From assembly GCF_009914755.1 (NCBI RefSeq), contig NC_060939.1: 64,000 bases of DNA; one strand, given 5' to 3'. The notes below the pieces were generated by a model, which saw nothing but the letters and a program-made list of their open reading frames with translations, did no database searches and was not told where the DNA came from. Positions 1 to 13,350 of this stretch are shown here, in pieces. Source of the DNA: the human T2T-CHM13v2.0 reference genome, Homo sapiens. The translations under genes were made by a program, and so were the position numbers. Each line of letters begins with the position of its first letter. The stretch's first letter is position 1.

Positions 1-2315
1 GGTGGCAGGATTGGGTCCTCTTTGGTAGAAGAGCTGCTTGGCATCCTGAGACGCACTCGCCCCATCCGGCCCCACAAGCAGCTTTCTCAAGAGCTGGAGT
101 GACTTCCACTTCGAAGCGCAAGCACTTCACCTTCTCCTTTTTGTTCTTCTCTACCCTGTTTCCTTCTTTCTTTGTGAACTCAGAAAGCTTTGAGACTCCC
201 CTCCCGTTCCTCCTTTCTTCCCCTCCACTCTTGCCGCCCGCCCCCCACCCCCTCCGCCTCTGTTTCTCTCTCCCTCTTTCCCTTGCTTTTATCTGGGGGA
301 ACCCCTTTCACAGGTTTGCTGTATAACATTTCTCTTCCATTCACTTGGCGCCGTTCGATTTTAATGTTCCTTTGAATGACACCAGGCGAGTGCTCCTTGG
401 GTTTCCGAAGCCTCTCTCTGAAGTGGCTGGAGCCAGCGTCTTCCCCACCGAGGGACGTCCCTTCAGTGGCCTCTGGCTCTGTCCAGATGGTCTCTCCCCA
501 TTGGGAGCCTGGAATGAATTCTCATTGTGAGCATTCATCACTCACCACCTCCTCCCCACATTCAGCTGTCAGTCCTACTGGCCGCAGTGGAAAGAAAGCC
601 TGCTCCATTATTTCTAGTGACAGACCTGGCCATCATTCCCAAGGTCTGTGGCTCCCATGCAGGCCTCGAGCTGGGGGTGGGGCAGGGCATGGGAAAGGGT
701 TAAATAGATAAGCCCAAGACACAGTCCTGGCCCCCCTCATCCTCTTCACACAGGAACCAGAAGGGTCTTCAGCAACATGCACGGGATCGTGTTACTTCTG
801 GCTTCCCATGCCTGAGAATGGCATCCAGACATGGCCTTCAAGGCTCTGTCTGCCTCGGTGACCCCATCTCCAGCCACTGTTCCCAGTTCACATCGGGGAA
901 TTCTCCGGCCCTCCTAGAGAGGCAGCCCAGGTTGCTAAAGAGGCACTTCAAGCACATTTCAAAGAACGCAAGAATTCTGGAGAGGTGGAGAGCAGGAGAA
1001 TAGCACAAGCAAGAGCCAGCTCCAGGGTCAGGCTGGAGATGGGAGGTCAGGCATGGTGGGGAGGACGGGAAGTGGGGCTGGGTTCAAAGCCTGGCTCAGC
1101 TTGGAGGACCTGGCAGGGGCTCGGGGTGGGGGTGGAGTGTCTCAATCCTGGTGCACACTGGAGTTATTCGAAGGGCTTTTAAAAATTATCAAAGTTGTTC
1201 CAGGTTCATTCCCCGGGTGGCCCACACGCTGTTTTTAAGTTTAGCTCTCCAACCCTTCTTCCTGGTCCTCCCCTTCCCTTGGAAGAAAGTCCCTGGTCCA
1301 GCCTGGGTGTTGGCACTGGCATTTGCCCTCCCAGGGCCACTGGGACTGGGAATCCCCAGGAGGGCTTTCGAAAGTGTCAGGAACCGCTCCTTCCACTGGG
1401 GCTTTTCTCCACTGATGGGAAGGCTGCCTTGCTCAGTCAGCCCCAGGCCCCTGGACAGAAGGAACTAGGGGAGCACTAAGCATAGGTGTCCCTAGAGAGT
1501 CAGCTGGAAGGGACCTAGTTCAGAAGAGGAAACTGAGTCTCAGTCACCAGCGAGTACCACCACTGGTGGTACTCAGAGCTTGGGTAGCAGAGCTTGGGCT
1601 TTTCAGCCTTGGACACCACCAGCTAGGATGGAGTGAGGGCTGAGCTGGAATGCTTCTGAGGAAATGATCTCTGACCCAAGCATGCCACAATTATGAGAGC
1701 ATCTTCAGCACTCATAAGCATCGCAGGCTGGATCTCTTTCTCTGACCTTTGGATGTGGGGTGCCAGAATCTGTGCTTAAAGATGAGGGAGGTCGGGCTTC
1801 TGCCCTCAAAGAACTCTGGATCTCGAGGGAGCAGTGGGCCTAAGCATAGAGTATTCTAATACGGTCGCTAGGCTTCCAGAGCTGTAAGAGACAGGCTTGA
1901 GCAGGGAGAGACGAATTCCCCGAGGGAGGCCTTGATGAGGAGGTGAAGAGGCAGTGAGGGTCTGGTGTCTACTCCCCTTTAACCACAGGCCTGGCCTTCC
2001 AGCCAGGGTGCTGTACCAAAGTGAGTGCTGGGGCCGCTAAGTGGTGCCCAGGTACTGATTTCCCCTCGACCCGCAGTCGGCTGGGCTGGGTGGGTCTGTG
2101 GATGGTTTGGACCAGCCTTGCCCGATTACCCCAGTGTACGGTCCAAATATGATTTTCTATGTGTGCCATGCAGATCAGGAGCACTGTAGCAGGCCCCTCT
2201 CTCTATCACCAGTGCATCACTTTCATCATGGAGCAGGTTGGGAAACAAGCCAAAGGCTGGCCCCACAGACACAAAGAATAAGTCACAACTCACCCACGTG
2301 GTGTGTTTCCTCCTA

Positions 2316-2710
2316 ACTCTTTAGTTTGAAATTTTCAAACTTGACAGAAAAGTTAAGAACCTTCGTCCAGATTCACTCATTGTTGCCATTTTGCCACGTT
2401 TTCTTTATCTCACTCTCTTTCACGTGGTTTTGCTGAGTCATTTGAAAGTGAGTTGCAGACAGCCCACCGTTAAGTACGTCAGCAGGTATCTTTCAGGAGT
2501 GTGGACTTCCCCATTTGCAACCACGGTGACATCATCACACCTAAGAAATTACCACTGTCCAATAATATCCAATCTACAACCCATTCATATTTCCCCAGTT
2601 GAACTCCAAAAATGTTTTCGTATGGCTGTTTTCCTGATCCAAAAATCTTCATGCATTACATTTGGGTGTTGCGTTTCTTTACCTTCTTTTAACCTAGAAC
2701 AGCCTCCCTG

Positions 2711-2761
<51 letters not shown>

Positions 2762-2840
2762 AGACATTGGCTTTGAAGAGTCCAGGAAGGCCAGCTGTGT
2801 TACACAATAGATTTGTGTAATCGAATATGTTCAGGTTAAG
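2316..2840 (-). mobile_element. Old L1M 3' fragment
   Basis: Resembles ancient L1M 3'UTR text (aattttcaaac..acagaaaagtt..cagattcac..ttgccac). Confidence 0.5.
2714..2759. repeat. (TG)23 microsatellite
   Basis: Perfect dinucleotide run. Confidence 0.97.
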
Positions 2841-3000
2841 TTTGCATAGTTTCAAAACTCACCTGATAATTGCTTCATTGTGTCCAGGAAAGTCCTAAGG
2901 CAGAGAGGCTATCTCTTTGGCTGTCTGTCCCTGTGTGTGTTGTGGGGCATCCTGTCCAGCCACCCAGAAAAAGCAATGGCTTTGGTAACATGACATGTTA

Positions 3001-3349
<349 letters not shown>

Positions 3350-5234
3350 TCACTGGCAGGGCAGATGTTCTCTTCATTTCGTGGGTGGGATTCTGAGAGG
3401 TTGAGGCCATGCCCAGGTCCACTATCTTAGGCAAAAGTGGACCAGATCCCTGCCTTGTGACCCACTGTGGGGCTTTCTGCAGTGACAGCTGGGAGTCTTG
3501 CCCCACGACTGGATGAGGTGGTCTCACCTCATTTCACTCCTGGATCCAATACGTGCTTGGCTGAGTGCTCAACCGAGTATTGAATGTAATCTAATACAGT
3601 CCAATCCATCTTGATGACTGCAAGTCATGATTAGGAGCCCTCGGTGCTGAGCTCAGGTATGGAGGTGTCCAAGCTGCTTGCCCCACCCCTAATGGCCATA
3701 AACTGTCACTGGGTCATTTTCAGCCTGCACCCTAGCCAGCCACCATCATAGCCTCCAGCAGCGAGTGGCACCTCTTTCACCTCCTTGGGTTTCCTCTGCA
3801 TCTGCCGTGGTCTGGGAAACTGGATAACCGTGCTTGTTAGAACTGAGTCCAAAGCCTCCAAGCAAGGGGCGCTGTCCCATAAAGAAAAAAGTGCCTGGGA
3901 CACCAAAGTCCCCTCTTCGAGTCACCCACATCTGTTTCATTCTGGACTCTCAACTTTTTCATATGCTCTGCAGTTCTCTAGTCTTTTGGGGGAAATTTGA
4001 GGTGGCCAGAGAAGAGATCTCTGGACAAGTGTAATCTTGCTATCACATATTAGGAAAGACCATAATGTACAGCAGAGGTGCCTGGTGAGGAAACAGTCAG
4101 CATGCCAGTGAGAACCAGAGCCTGGGGGCACTTTGTGCATGGTGGCCATACTGCTGGATGACCATGCCAGCTTGGGCTGTGGCTGGGTGAGGTCACCCAG
4201 GCCTCAGGCCTGTGCACTGTGGCCACTGCCTCCTCTGCACGTAGATCATACCGCCTTTGTTGAGGAAGTCGTGTCTGAGGATCTGGTCCCCAGCTCTAGG
4301 CAACAGCAGAAACCCTGGTACCCAGATCCCCCAGTCTCCAGGGAGGTGTCCTTAGTGCTCCGGATGGGGTTGTTAAAGCCACATGTGAACACTCCGCAGA
4401 TTTTCCCTGCAAGGTACAAGCCCTCCAGCCTCTTCCACCCAAATGTGTCACCTTGGGCAGCAGCTCCCTGAATTCTGTTCTTTCTTGAAGGAATTTCTGT
4501 TCTCATCAGTTCATAAGCACAGTGCCCCTTCTGTTTCTTGGCTTAATGCTCCGGGAGTTCACAGTGATCCCGATTTGACTTCACAGTGACTCCTTTACCA
4601 AGCCTTTTTTGCTTGTTTGCTTGCTTTTAATTTTGTTTTTTATCAGAGTAATATATGCATCTTTTTTTACATCAAACAATACTGATGGGCTTCTAGTGCT
4701 AAAGCAGCAGGCCCCGCCCCACCTCGCTCCCCAACTCCAGCCCTCCAGCCAGTTAACCATTTGCAAACTGCTTACTTCCTCCTTCCTGTTATTTACGTCC
4801 ATGTTCTGAAATAATATGTTACTCCAGTGATTTCTTGATTTATCAATTTCGGACATTATCTTTTGCCTCCATATTGTTGCAAGTGAGGACTTATCTCTCC
4901 ACCACCCTATCATTCCTCCTCCTCCTCTCTTAGTTTTATCATTAGGTCGCAATTTTGGGTTAAGCCCACAGTATAAATACTATTCACTGCTAAACATGGC
5001 ACTGAACTACGATTACTTCTTTAAAACAAGAGTTCATTATTGTTTCTTTTGTTCTCACTGCGTTACTTTTCTCTGTGCTTCTGATTCCTCCTAATACACC
5101 AACAGATTAGGAAAACATCTATTGGATGTTTATCTATTGGTTCACTGATCAATTCTGTTTTTTTTTTCTAGACACCTAGGTATCTTGCCAGTTAAATTCT
5201 TTTCTTTTCTCTTTGTTTGTCTGTTTGGTTGGTT

Positions 5235-5510
5235 TTTAGAGATAGGGTCTCACTCTGTCACCCAAGCTAGAATGCAGCGGCATGATCACAGCTCCAACAT
5301 CTGGGCTCAAGTGATCTTCCCACCTCAGCCTCCAGAGTAGCTAAGACTACCAGCATGCACCAACATGCCTGGCTAATTTTTTTATTTTTTGTAGAGGTGA
5401 GGTCTCACTATATTGCTTAGGCTGGTGTCAAACTCCCAGGCTCAAGCGATCCTCCTCCCTTGGGCTCTTAAAAGTGCTGGGATTATAGGTATGAGCCACT
5501 GGGCCTGGCC
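5235..5510 (-). mobile_element. AluJ
   Basis: Diverged Alu dimer, antisense. Confidence 0.85.
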
Positions 5511-5911
5511 ACCAGTGAAATTCTTTATATCTTTTTCAAAGCAAATGAAAATTTTGTTCACTTTAATATATTAAAATAACTCCATGCCACCTCCTCTGAA
5601 AGAGCTTCCCTGAACCTCCAGCCTCTCTAAGTCTGCCCCTCCTCTGTTCTTGTTCTAACGCAGCCTTTACACACCAAATTAAAATTGCCTGTTTTCTTGC
5701 CTGTTGCTCTCACAACACCATAAGTTCTTAAGGGCAGGACCGAGTCTTGTGCACTGCTATCTCCCTAGGAATGCACAGGAGCTGGATGGCACATGGTAGG
5801 TGCTCAACAAATATTTGTGGGATTTGCCTTTGTCAAATGGAAGCACAACAGTGATTTTATAGGCTGCTGGTGGCTAGGTTAAATATCTGCCCCATGCCTC
5901 TTTGTTTTTGA

Positions 5912-6217
<306 letters not shown>

Positions 6218-9200
6218 CCCTGTGCCTCTTTGTATTTTCCATGCCCCCCCTTCTCTCCAGCCTCCTTGTTGGGTTCGGAGGCCCTCCTGGGGCCTGTTCC
6301 AGCGAAATAACAGCCTTTTCCAGATAAAGATGGAAAGGAAGGGTTTTCTTTCCCTGATCCATTGTGTCTCCCCCCCACCCCCTCCAGGCAGCATTAGGTT
6401 GGCCCCAAGCACCTCAGGGCTCCGGACTGGTCCTTGTCGCTTTATAATCCCAGCCCACACCACTGAGCTCCACACAGACTGAGCGCTCAGTAGATGAGTA
6501 AGGTTGAGACTCGCTCAATCAATCAATCAATAAACCAATCAGTCTTCCTCCACTCAGCCTCTCTGCTCCCCGGCGTTTCTCATTATCTAGCGTTTGGATG
6601 ATCAGAAGGAAAAAGGAGCTGCTGCGTAAAGGTGACCCCATTTCAGGTTTCGTCATGACTCGCTAGGTACTGAGAGACAGCAGGAGAAGGGAAGACAAAG
6701 AAGGGGGACAGGGAACACTCACCTGTGATCGCAGAGGGACATTTTGGGAGACACACGGTCACTAGACTGAGGGCTGTGTGTGGGCATTTGCCGGCACGAT
6801 CTGGTGTGTAACAGAGGCCCAACCAGGAAGGACAGGAAATCTAAATCCAGGTTAGGGCACGTATATTGCACCCAGCCTTTGGGTCTTGGCTAACTCAGGA
6901 AGGTGCTGGTCGGCGGTGACCCGTGATGTGAGAACACGCCTCAACGTCCAAAGAGGCCCTCCCTCGTGAGTGACATAGACCCAACAGCTGGTGGCCTGTA
7001 AAAAGAGCCAACCCACCCGCTTACCCTCCTGGAGTGAGGGCCCAGCCTGAGCAGGCGGCGGGCTTCTTTGGAGCAGTCCCTCGAGGGGACAGCCCATGCC
7101 AGGGCTGACTCAGAATGCCCTTCACCCCACACCCCACCGGGGACCGAGCACCTCCTGTGTGCAGGCAGCCGGAGAACTGGGTGGACACGGCCCAGGCAGG
7201 GTGAGTTGCCACGGCTTTCACCTCCAGCCAGGGCAGCTGCCTCACTGAGAACCCCCTCATCTGCCCCGCTACCTGGTTAAGGGCCCGAGGGCTCTCATAG
7301 AGGAGACCTGCGGGCACCCAGGGGGCCGAGCTGCCTTTGGAGACTGAGCCTTGTGCACAGCATCACAGGCCAGGGCTCTCTCCCTTGGCTCACCCAGGAC
7401 CCTATGGGAGGAGGCCACAGCCAGGCGGCCAGGGCAGGGAGCAGCCGACCCTGTAATAAAGCTGATGGCTGCCGGCCTGTGGCGCCCCTGGAGAGGGAGC
7501 AACTCCCCTTGGGGGTGTAACCTGTTTCGGGGAAGCCTTTACAGCAGCTCTTTGATGTTTCTCCAGTGGAACTGAATTTATTTTTTGTACTTTTAGGAAT
7601 TAACTTGCAGTGCTCAGCCTCTCCCTCCCCAGAAAGGAGAGAAGGAGAAAAGAAGAAAGGGTTTGCATTGTCACCGTGATTGGCACCGCCTGTGAATGAG
7701 GGGTCACTGCTTCAGGCTGCTCCTTTTCAAGCAGGCCTTTCTCCCCTGCACGCTGCATTCACGCTAGAACATTCTTTCTTTCAAAGCTTCTGTCTTTCTC
7801 TCCCCCGCCCTTTGTGTCTCTGCCTTCCTTCCCTTCACTTTTGCCTTTCATTCTGAGCCCTCACCACCTCCCTTAGGCTTCACTCTCTTTCCCTCTTTTT
7901 TCCCCTTTTTCTTCTTCTATTCAGTTCCTTTTTTTTTCCCCTCTTGCCTCTCTCTCTCCCTTTTAAATTTCTTTTTTCTTTTTCTTTTTGAATAGTGCTT
8001 CTGTTTTCAAGGGAAGAGACCAGTAGGGAAGTGGGTTTATTTGAGAGAGGGAGAATATGTTTTTTCTCCATTGCTCTAAATGTGTAAAACAACAACAACA
8101 AACAACAAAAACCTGTTGAAGACACTGTTTTCTTTTAGGCTCCTGCTTTAAAGAGGGAAGGGTGTTTGGGGGTCTCCACCAGCCGTAGGGACCTGTTCGT
8201 CACACAGGAGGAGTCCTGAGTGGGTCAGCAGGGATAGGTGACTGAAGGCGTGAGGTGGGACTGGCAGGATCTAGACATGGCCTTGGCATCCTTCCCTTCT
8301 GCCTGGCCCAATATGGGGCTCAAGATGAGGGTGAAGGCAGAGGCGGATGTGGTCCCACGGGCCTCCCCACTCTGGCGGAGCGTGGTGTCGCCATTCCCTG
8401 CCAAGGCGGGGCTAGGTGGCGTCCGTGTGAACATGACACAGGGGCTGAGTGTGAGGAAGGGGGCCGGTCCACACGACACAAGCTGGACCGACAGCTGAGC
8501 TGGATAACCCTCACCAAATAAGGGGCCCGCCACCTTGGGTTTGGCAGCCTGTGTTGACACATCCTTTGTGACAGGGACACATGTGTCCCACGCATCAGAG
8601 GGATTTCAAAATGTCACCTGGGAGCTATAGAGAATTTTCACTCAGGTTTTCCTAAATTATCCAAACAGAACAGTTTGGTTTTTTCCCTGTAGGCCTCTTT
8701 ATTTTTCTTTAAACCTGTGGAAACGAACCTCCTCTGAGAGCCGACATATGCTTGTCAATCAGGCATGTGCGTGTGCCTGGTTAGCACATTTACTTTACCT
8801 GTTAAAGCAGTGGCTCCTCTCCTGTGTGCATGGGTCAGTGGATAGCACCGCAGCAAGGCCAGCACTTTCTACATCCCCAGGGGCCACCAGTCGCTGTGGT
8901 CTGAGGAGTAAAGGTGGCCCTGCCTACTCTTGAGGTGTGTTTATACCTGTGTAGGCCAAACCCCCGCACTGTGTCACACCTCCACATTACAATCACTGCT
9001 CCCTCCCCCAGAGTGCCTTTCTTCTGTTAGTCTGCCTGCTGAACTCCTACACAACCTACAAAACCTTGCTCAGGTGTCACCTCCCCCTTTGACTCCCCCA
9101 CATAAGACTTAATCACATCTCCCTTTATCCATCTCCTGGGAGTTGTATGTCATAGCTGTCAACTCACTAAGGTAATCATCCATTTACTGTGGCTGCTGGA

Positions 9201-11465
9201 GGGCGGAGACTGTTGTCTTCATCTCTCTAGCTCCTAGGAGAATGGTGTGCTGTCCATGTTTGCCAGGCAGAAAAGCCTTGCAAAACCTCAGTCACTCTAC
9301 AGTGACCTCAGAGCTTGAGCCTGGTCAACTGGAACAGCAGAAAGAAGGAAGCTGGAAATGGCGGATGGCTTCAAGGACGTGAGCCATGGAGAGGTTAGAC
9401 AGTGACGGCTGACAGGTTTGCCGTCTGGGAACTGTTGCGGACCTGGGTAAGGGTGCAGCTCTAGTGAGGTCAACACTGAGGTGAGCGCAGAAGCCATGAG
9501 AGATGGTTTCTCTGAGGGAGTCCACTCAGGCCAAGGCCTGAGCCCAGGGGCCGCTGGGATGCAGGAGGCCAGGGAGTGGTGGTGGTGCGTGGCCTGTGAG
9601 CTCAGAGAGGGTTGTGTGGCTGCTGCCAGATGAGGAGGAGGCCCAGCTCAAAGCTCCTGTGTTTGGCAAAGGGCTGCCACCTTCCAGAGGACAGCTGAGC
9701 TCTGGTGGAGGGGACAGATATCATAGAGTAGAGCTTGAGGAGGTGATGGAGGACATAGATCTGGCCCCAGTTTAGGGGGTGGAGAGAAAACAAGAAATTG
9801 GACATTGCCAGGGTTGCAGCGGGCTGTGGTGCATGAAAGCTTTGAGCTGGAGGCCAGAGAGGGAAGAGACGCGAGGTAGCAGGGGCCAGGTCTCTTCTGG
9901 AGGACCTACCGCATGTCTCGGCACATTTCTGCCCTGTAGAAGGGGCACGTCGGGCAGCGGGCCTGGAAGACCCTGGGTACCTCCTCAAAGCACAGAAAAA
10001 GGGACCTGGTCACACTCTGGGTCCCCCAGGGCCACAGAGAAAGCTTGTGGGGCTCCCGTCCAGCCAGGGTTCCCAGGGGCCCCAGGAAAAGGCATGGTCT
10101 CTGGGGGGACACAGGGCTCTCTGCAGAAGGAAGCTACCTCTGGGAGGGAGCCCTGAGATGTCAGTGGCCTGGGCTATGTGAGATGAGGGCTCCAGGCCCA
10201 GGTGTGCTGGCACAAGCCATCAGGCCTGGAGGTGTGGCCGGCAGGACCCTCCCAAGGCAGAACCCTGTGTGCCCTTCCTCCTGCGTACCCAGCTCAGTGC
10301 CCAGCCCATAGTAGGCGCTTCATGAATGTTTGCTGAAGTGTGAATTGCATGTTGTTAGCAGATGTAGAGTGGAAACAGTACAGCTCACAGCCAAGTGCTG
10401 TGTAAATTGTAAAGCCTTATGCAAAGGGGAGTCCTATCCCTGCCCCGCAGAGCCCAGGGCCTCAGGGAAGGGGCCATATCCTCCCCAAGAAGACTAGAGG
10501 AGGGTGGAGGAGGGCGGAGGGACGAGTCAGTGCCAGGTATGGAGGGCGGCAGGAGAAGGAAGGGCTAGTGACCAAGCCAGACACCCAGACGGGTGGGGAC
10601 AATGAGCCCACTCATCAGTAGTGACCAGACCCAGGTAGAGGAAGAGTGTCAGTTGGATGTGGAAATGAGGGAGGTGGATCTGAAGCCCCGTGATATGGTG
10701 CTGAGCCCCTACTATGTGCAAGTTGGGTGCTAACACCCACTTCCCAGGAGGAGGGTCTGGGGCTCCAAAGGGGTTGGGGAAAAGGCTGTCCTCCCTCTGA
10801 GTCTGGGTGACCAAGACAAGATGAGCTGTGGTGTGGGTAAAGGTAGCAGGGAGTCTGCTTATCTAGGGACGTTTGGGATTTATGCTCCAGGAAAGGGATC
10901 AAGATGGCTTTGGGGCAGGCACCATAGAGATTTGAGCCTGGGCCCAGGGGAGGAGGCCACCATTGCTCTTCCTGGCCCCACCTGCTTCTCAGCATACTGC
11001 TGGCAACCCGGAAGCTGCCAGGGCAGGCCTGCAAGGCCATCAGGTTTTTCCAGTTTGGGCAAGAACGTCTCCTTACGCCCATGAAGATGCCCACGCACAG
11101 CCACGCTGGCCTGGAGATGAAAGAGGTTCTGAGGGTGGGTGGGGACAGGACGAGGGTCCGAGTTTGAGGCAGGCATGTTTCCAGGGCCCCAGTTTCCCAG
11201 GTGGCAGGGCACCTAGCAGTCGATTCTCCCCTAAGAACTGGCATCAAGGAGTCCAGCTCCTCCCGTAACTAACGTGTGGCCCAGGCGAGCTGCTGAGTGC
11301 TAATAATAGCAGCAAACACCACAAGCGTGCCAGGTTCTGCTTTCAGCACTTTACATATTTTAACTGGTGAGGCAGGTGCTCTTGGTACCACCCCACTTTA
11401 GTAAGGAGAAAGAGTCATGCCATTGGGAAGTAGCAGAGGATGCAAACTCAGGCCTTCAACTCTAG

Positions 11466-11910
<445 letters not shown>

Positions 11911-13149
11911 AAGTTTCTAAGGCTACGCTTATGTATTTGGAAGCAGTCCCAGAGCTCGAGGGTCGTGCTGTGAGGAGCAATGTTCTAAAGCTATTAACCG
12001 TTCTGTGCCTCAGTTTCCATATTTGTAAAACAGGGTGATGGCACCAGTACCAGCCATAGGCTGCAGTCAGGATTAAATGACACACTGTGCTGAAAGTTGG
12101 CCCAGGTTGGCACTGTCACTCTCAGGGCAGCCAGCCAGTCTGTGAACGTCGGTTTTGCCATTAGGAATAAGAGCCCACACAGGTGCTGCCCATTCAGATG
12201 CCAGTGCAGAACCTGGCAGGGAGCATCCCATGACTTCATGCCTGGGAAAGCTTTGTAAACTGCAGAGGGCTGTAGCTGTGTGAGCAGGCCTGCTCATTCT
12301 CTTGCCCAGCCTGTCTTTCTGAGTCCCAGGAGATCTTGTGTTTCCTTCTTCACTTTGGCACCCAGAGCTGGGGGCATTTGGAGGAGAGAACCCACGGGGT
12401 TCCCAGGGGCAGGCCCTGAGTGCTTCAGAGCCAGGACGAAGCCCTGGCATCAGCACAGGGAGGAGGGTGACTTGCTTCCTGGCTGTGCACATGTGAGTGC
12501 GTGTGGGCTTCACACAAGAAGCTTCTGGGCGTTTTGGTTTCAGGGGTCGGGGCCAGCACGGGGCAGGGTGGGGGTCCCATTCTTGGACCCAGCCCTTCCC
12601 TCTGACCCATCTGAGCTGCGTTTGTTTGCTGAGGAGTGGGTCATTCCAGCTGGCAGGAGTGTGATCCCAGAAAGAGATTATCTACACTCTGGTGAGGAGA
12701 GTTGGATCTTGTACTTCGTTTAGGAATGTGGTCTTCTGAGCTACCTGGATGAGTTGTAAAATTTCAGAAAAGAGGTAGCATCTGTGACGAGACTTCTAGA
12801 AGCCCACAGAAGATGCCTTCCCGCCTCTCCAGGGTCCTCCTCAGGTTCTGGGGCCCAAGGGACCCTCACAGCCCCACAGGCACTGGGGTTGAGATTGCCC
12901 ATTTCCTGGCAACCCAGGGGCTCCCGTGTGGACCAAGGACTTGAGCTAGAACCTTCCGTGGGACCGGGTCCATTCCCAGCATCTCTGTCCTTCCTTACAC
13001 TTGATCTCATTACTTTTTCCAAGTGTTCGTCCTCTCCCCACTCCTTCATGGGATTTAGATATTTTTAGTGATAGTGAGAACATGTCAAATGTTTAGGGGC
13101 CCTGGGTGACTCATATTGTATGTGTACATATATTGTGGTGTAAAGGCTT

Positions 13150-13350
13150 AAACTGACCATTTATCAGAAGCCAGCCCCCAGTTCCAGGCATATCCCATTG
13201 CATTACCTTATTGAATCTTCCCTACCATCCTGTGGGGAAGGCAGCTGTTATCCCCATTTTGCAGTTGAGAAAACAGAGGCCCTGAGAGATGAAGCAACTT
13301 GCCCAAAGCAGTACAGCGAGGAGGTGGCCAGGCCAATTCTAGAGCTTCCA
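13150..13350. mobile_element. MIR
   Basis: MIR core: ccccattttgcagttgagaaaacagaggccctgagagatgaagcaacttgccca. Confidence 0.7.
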
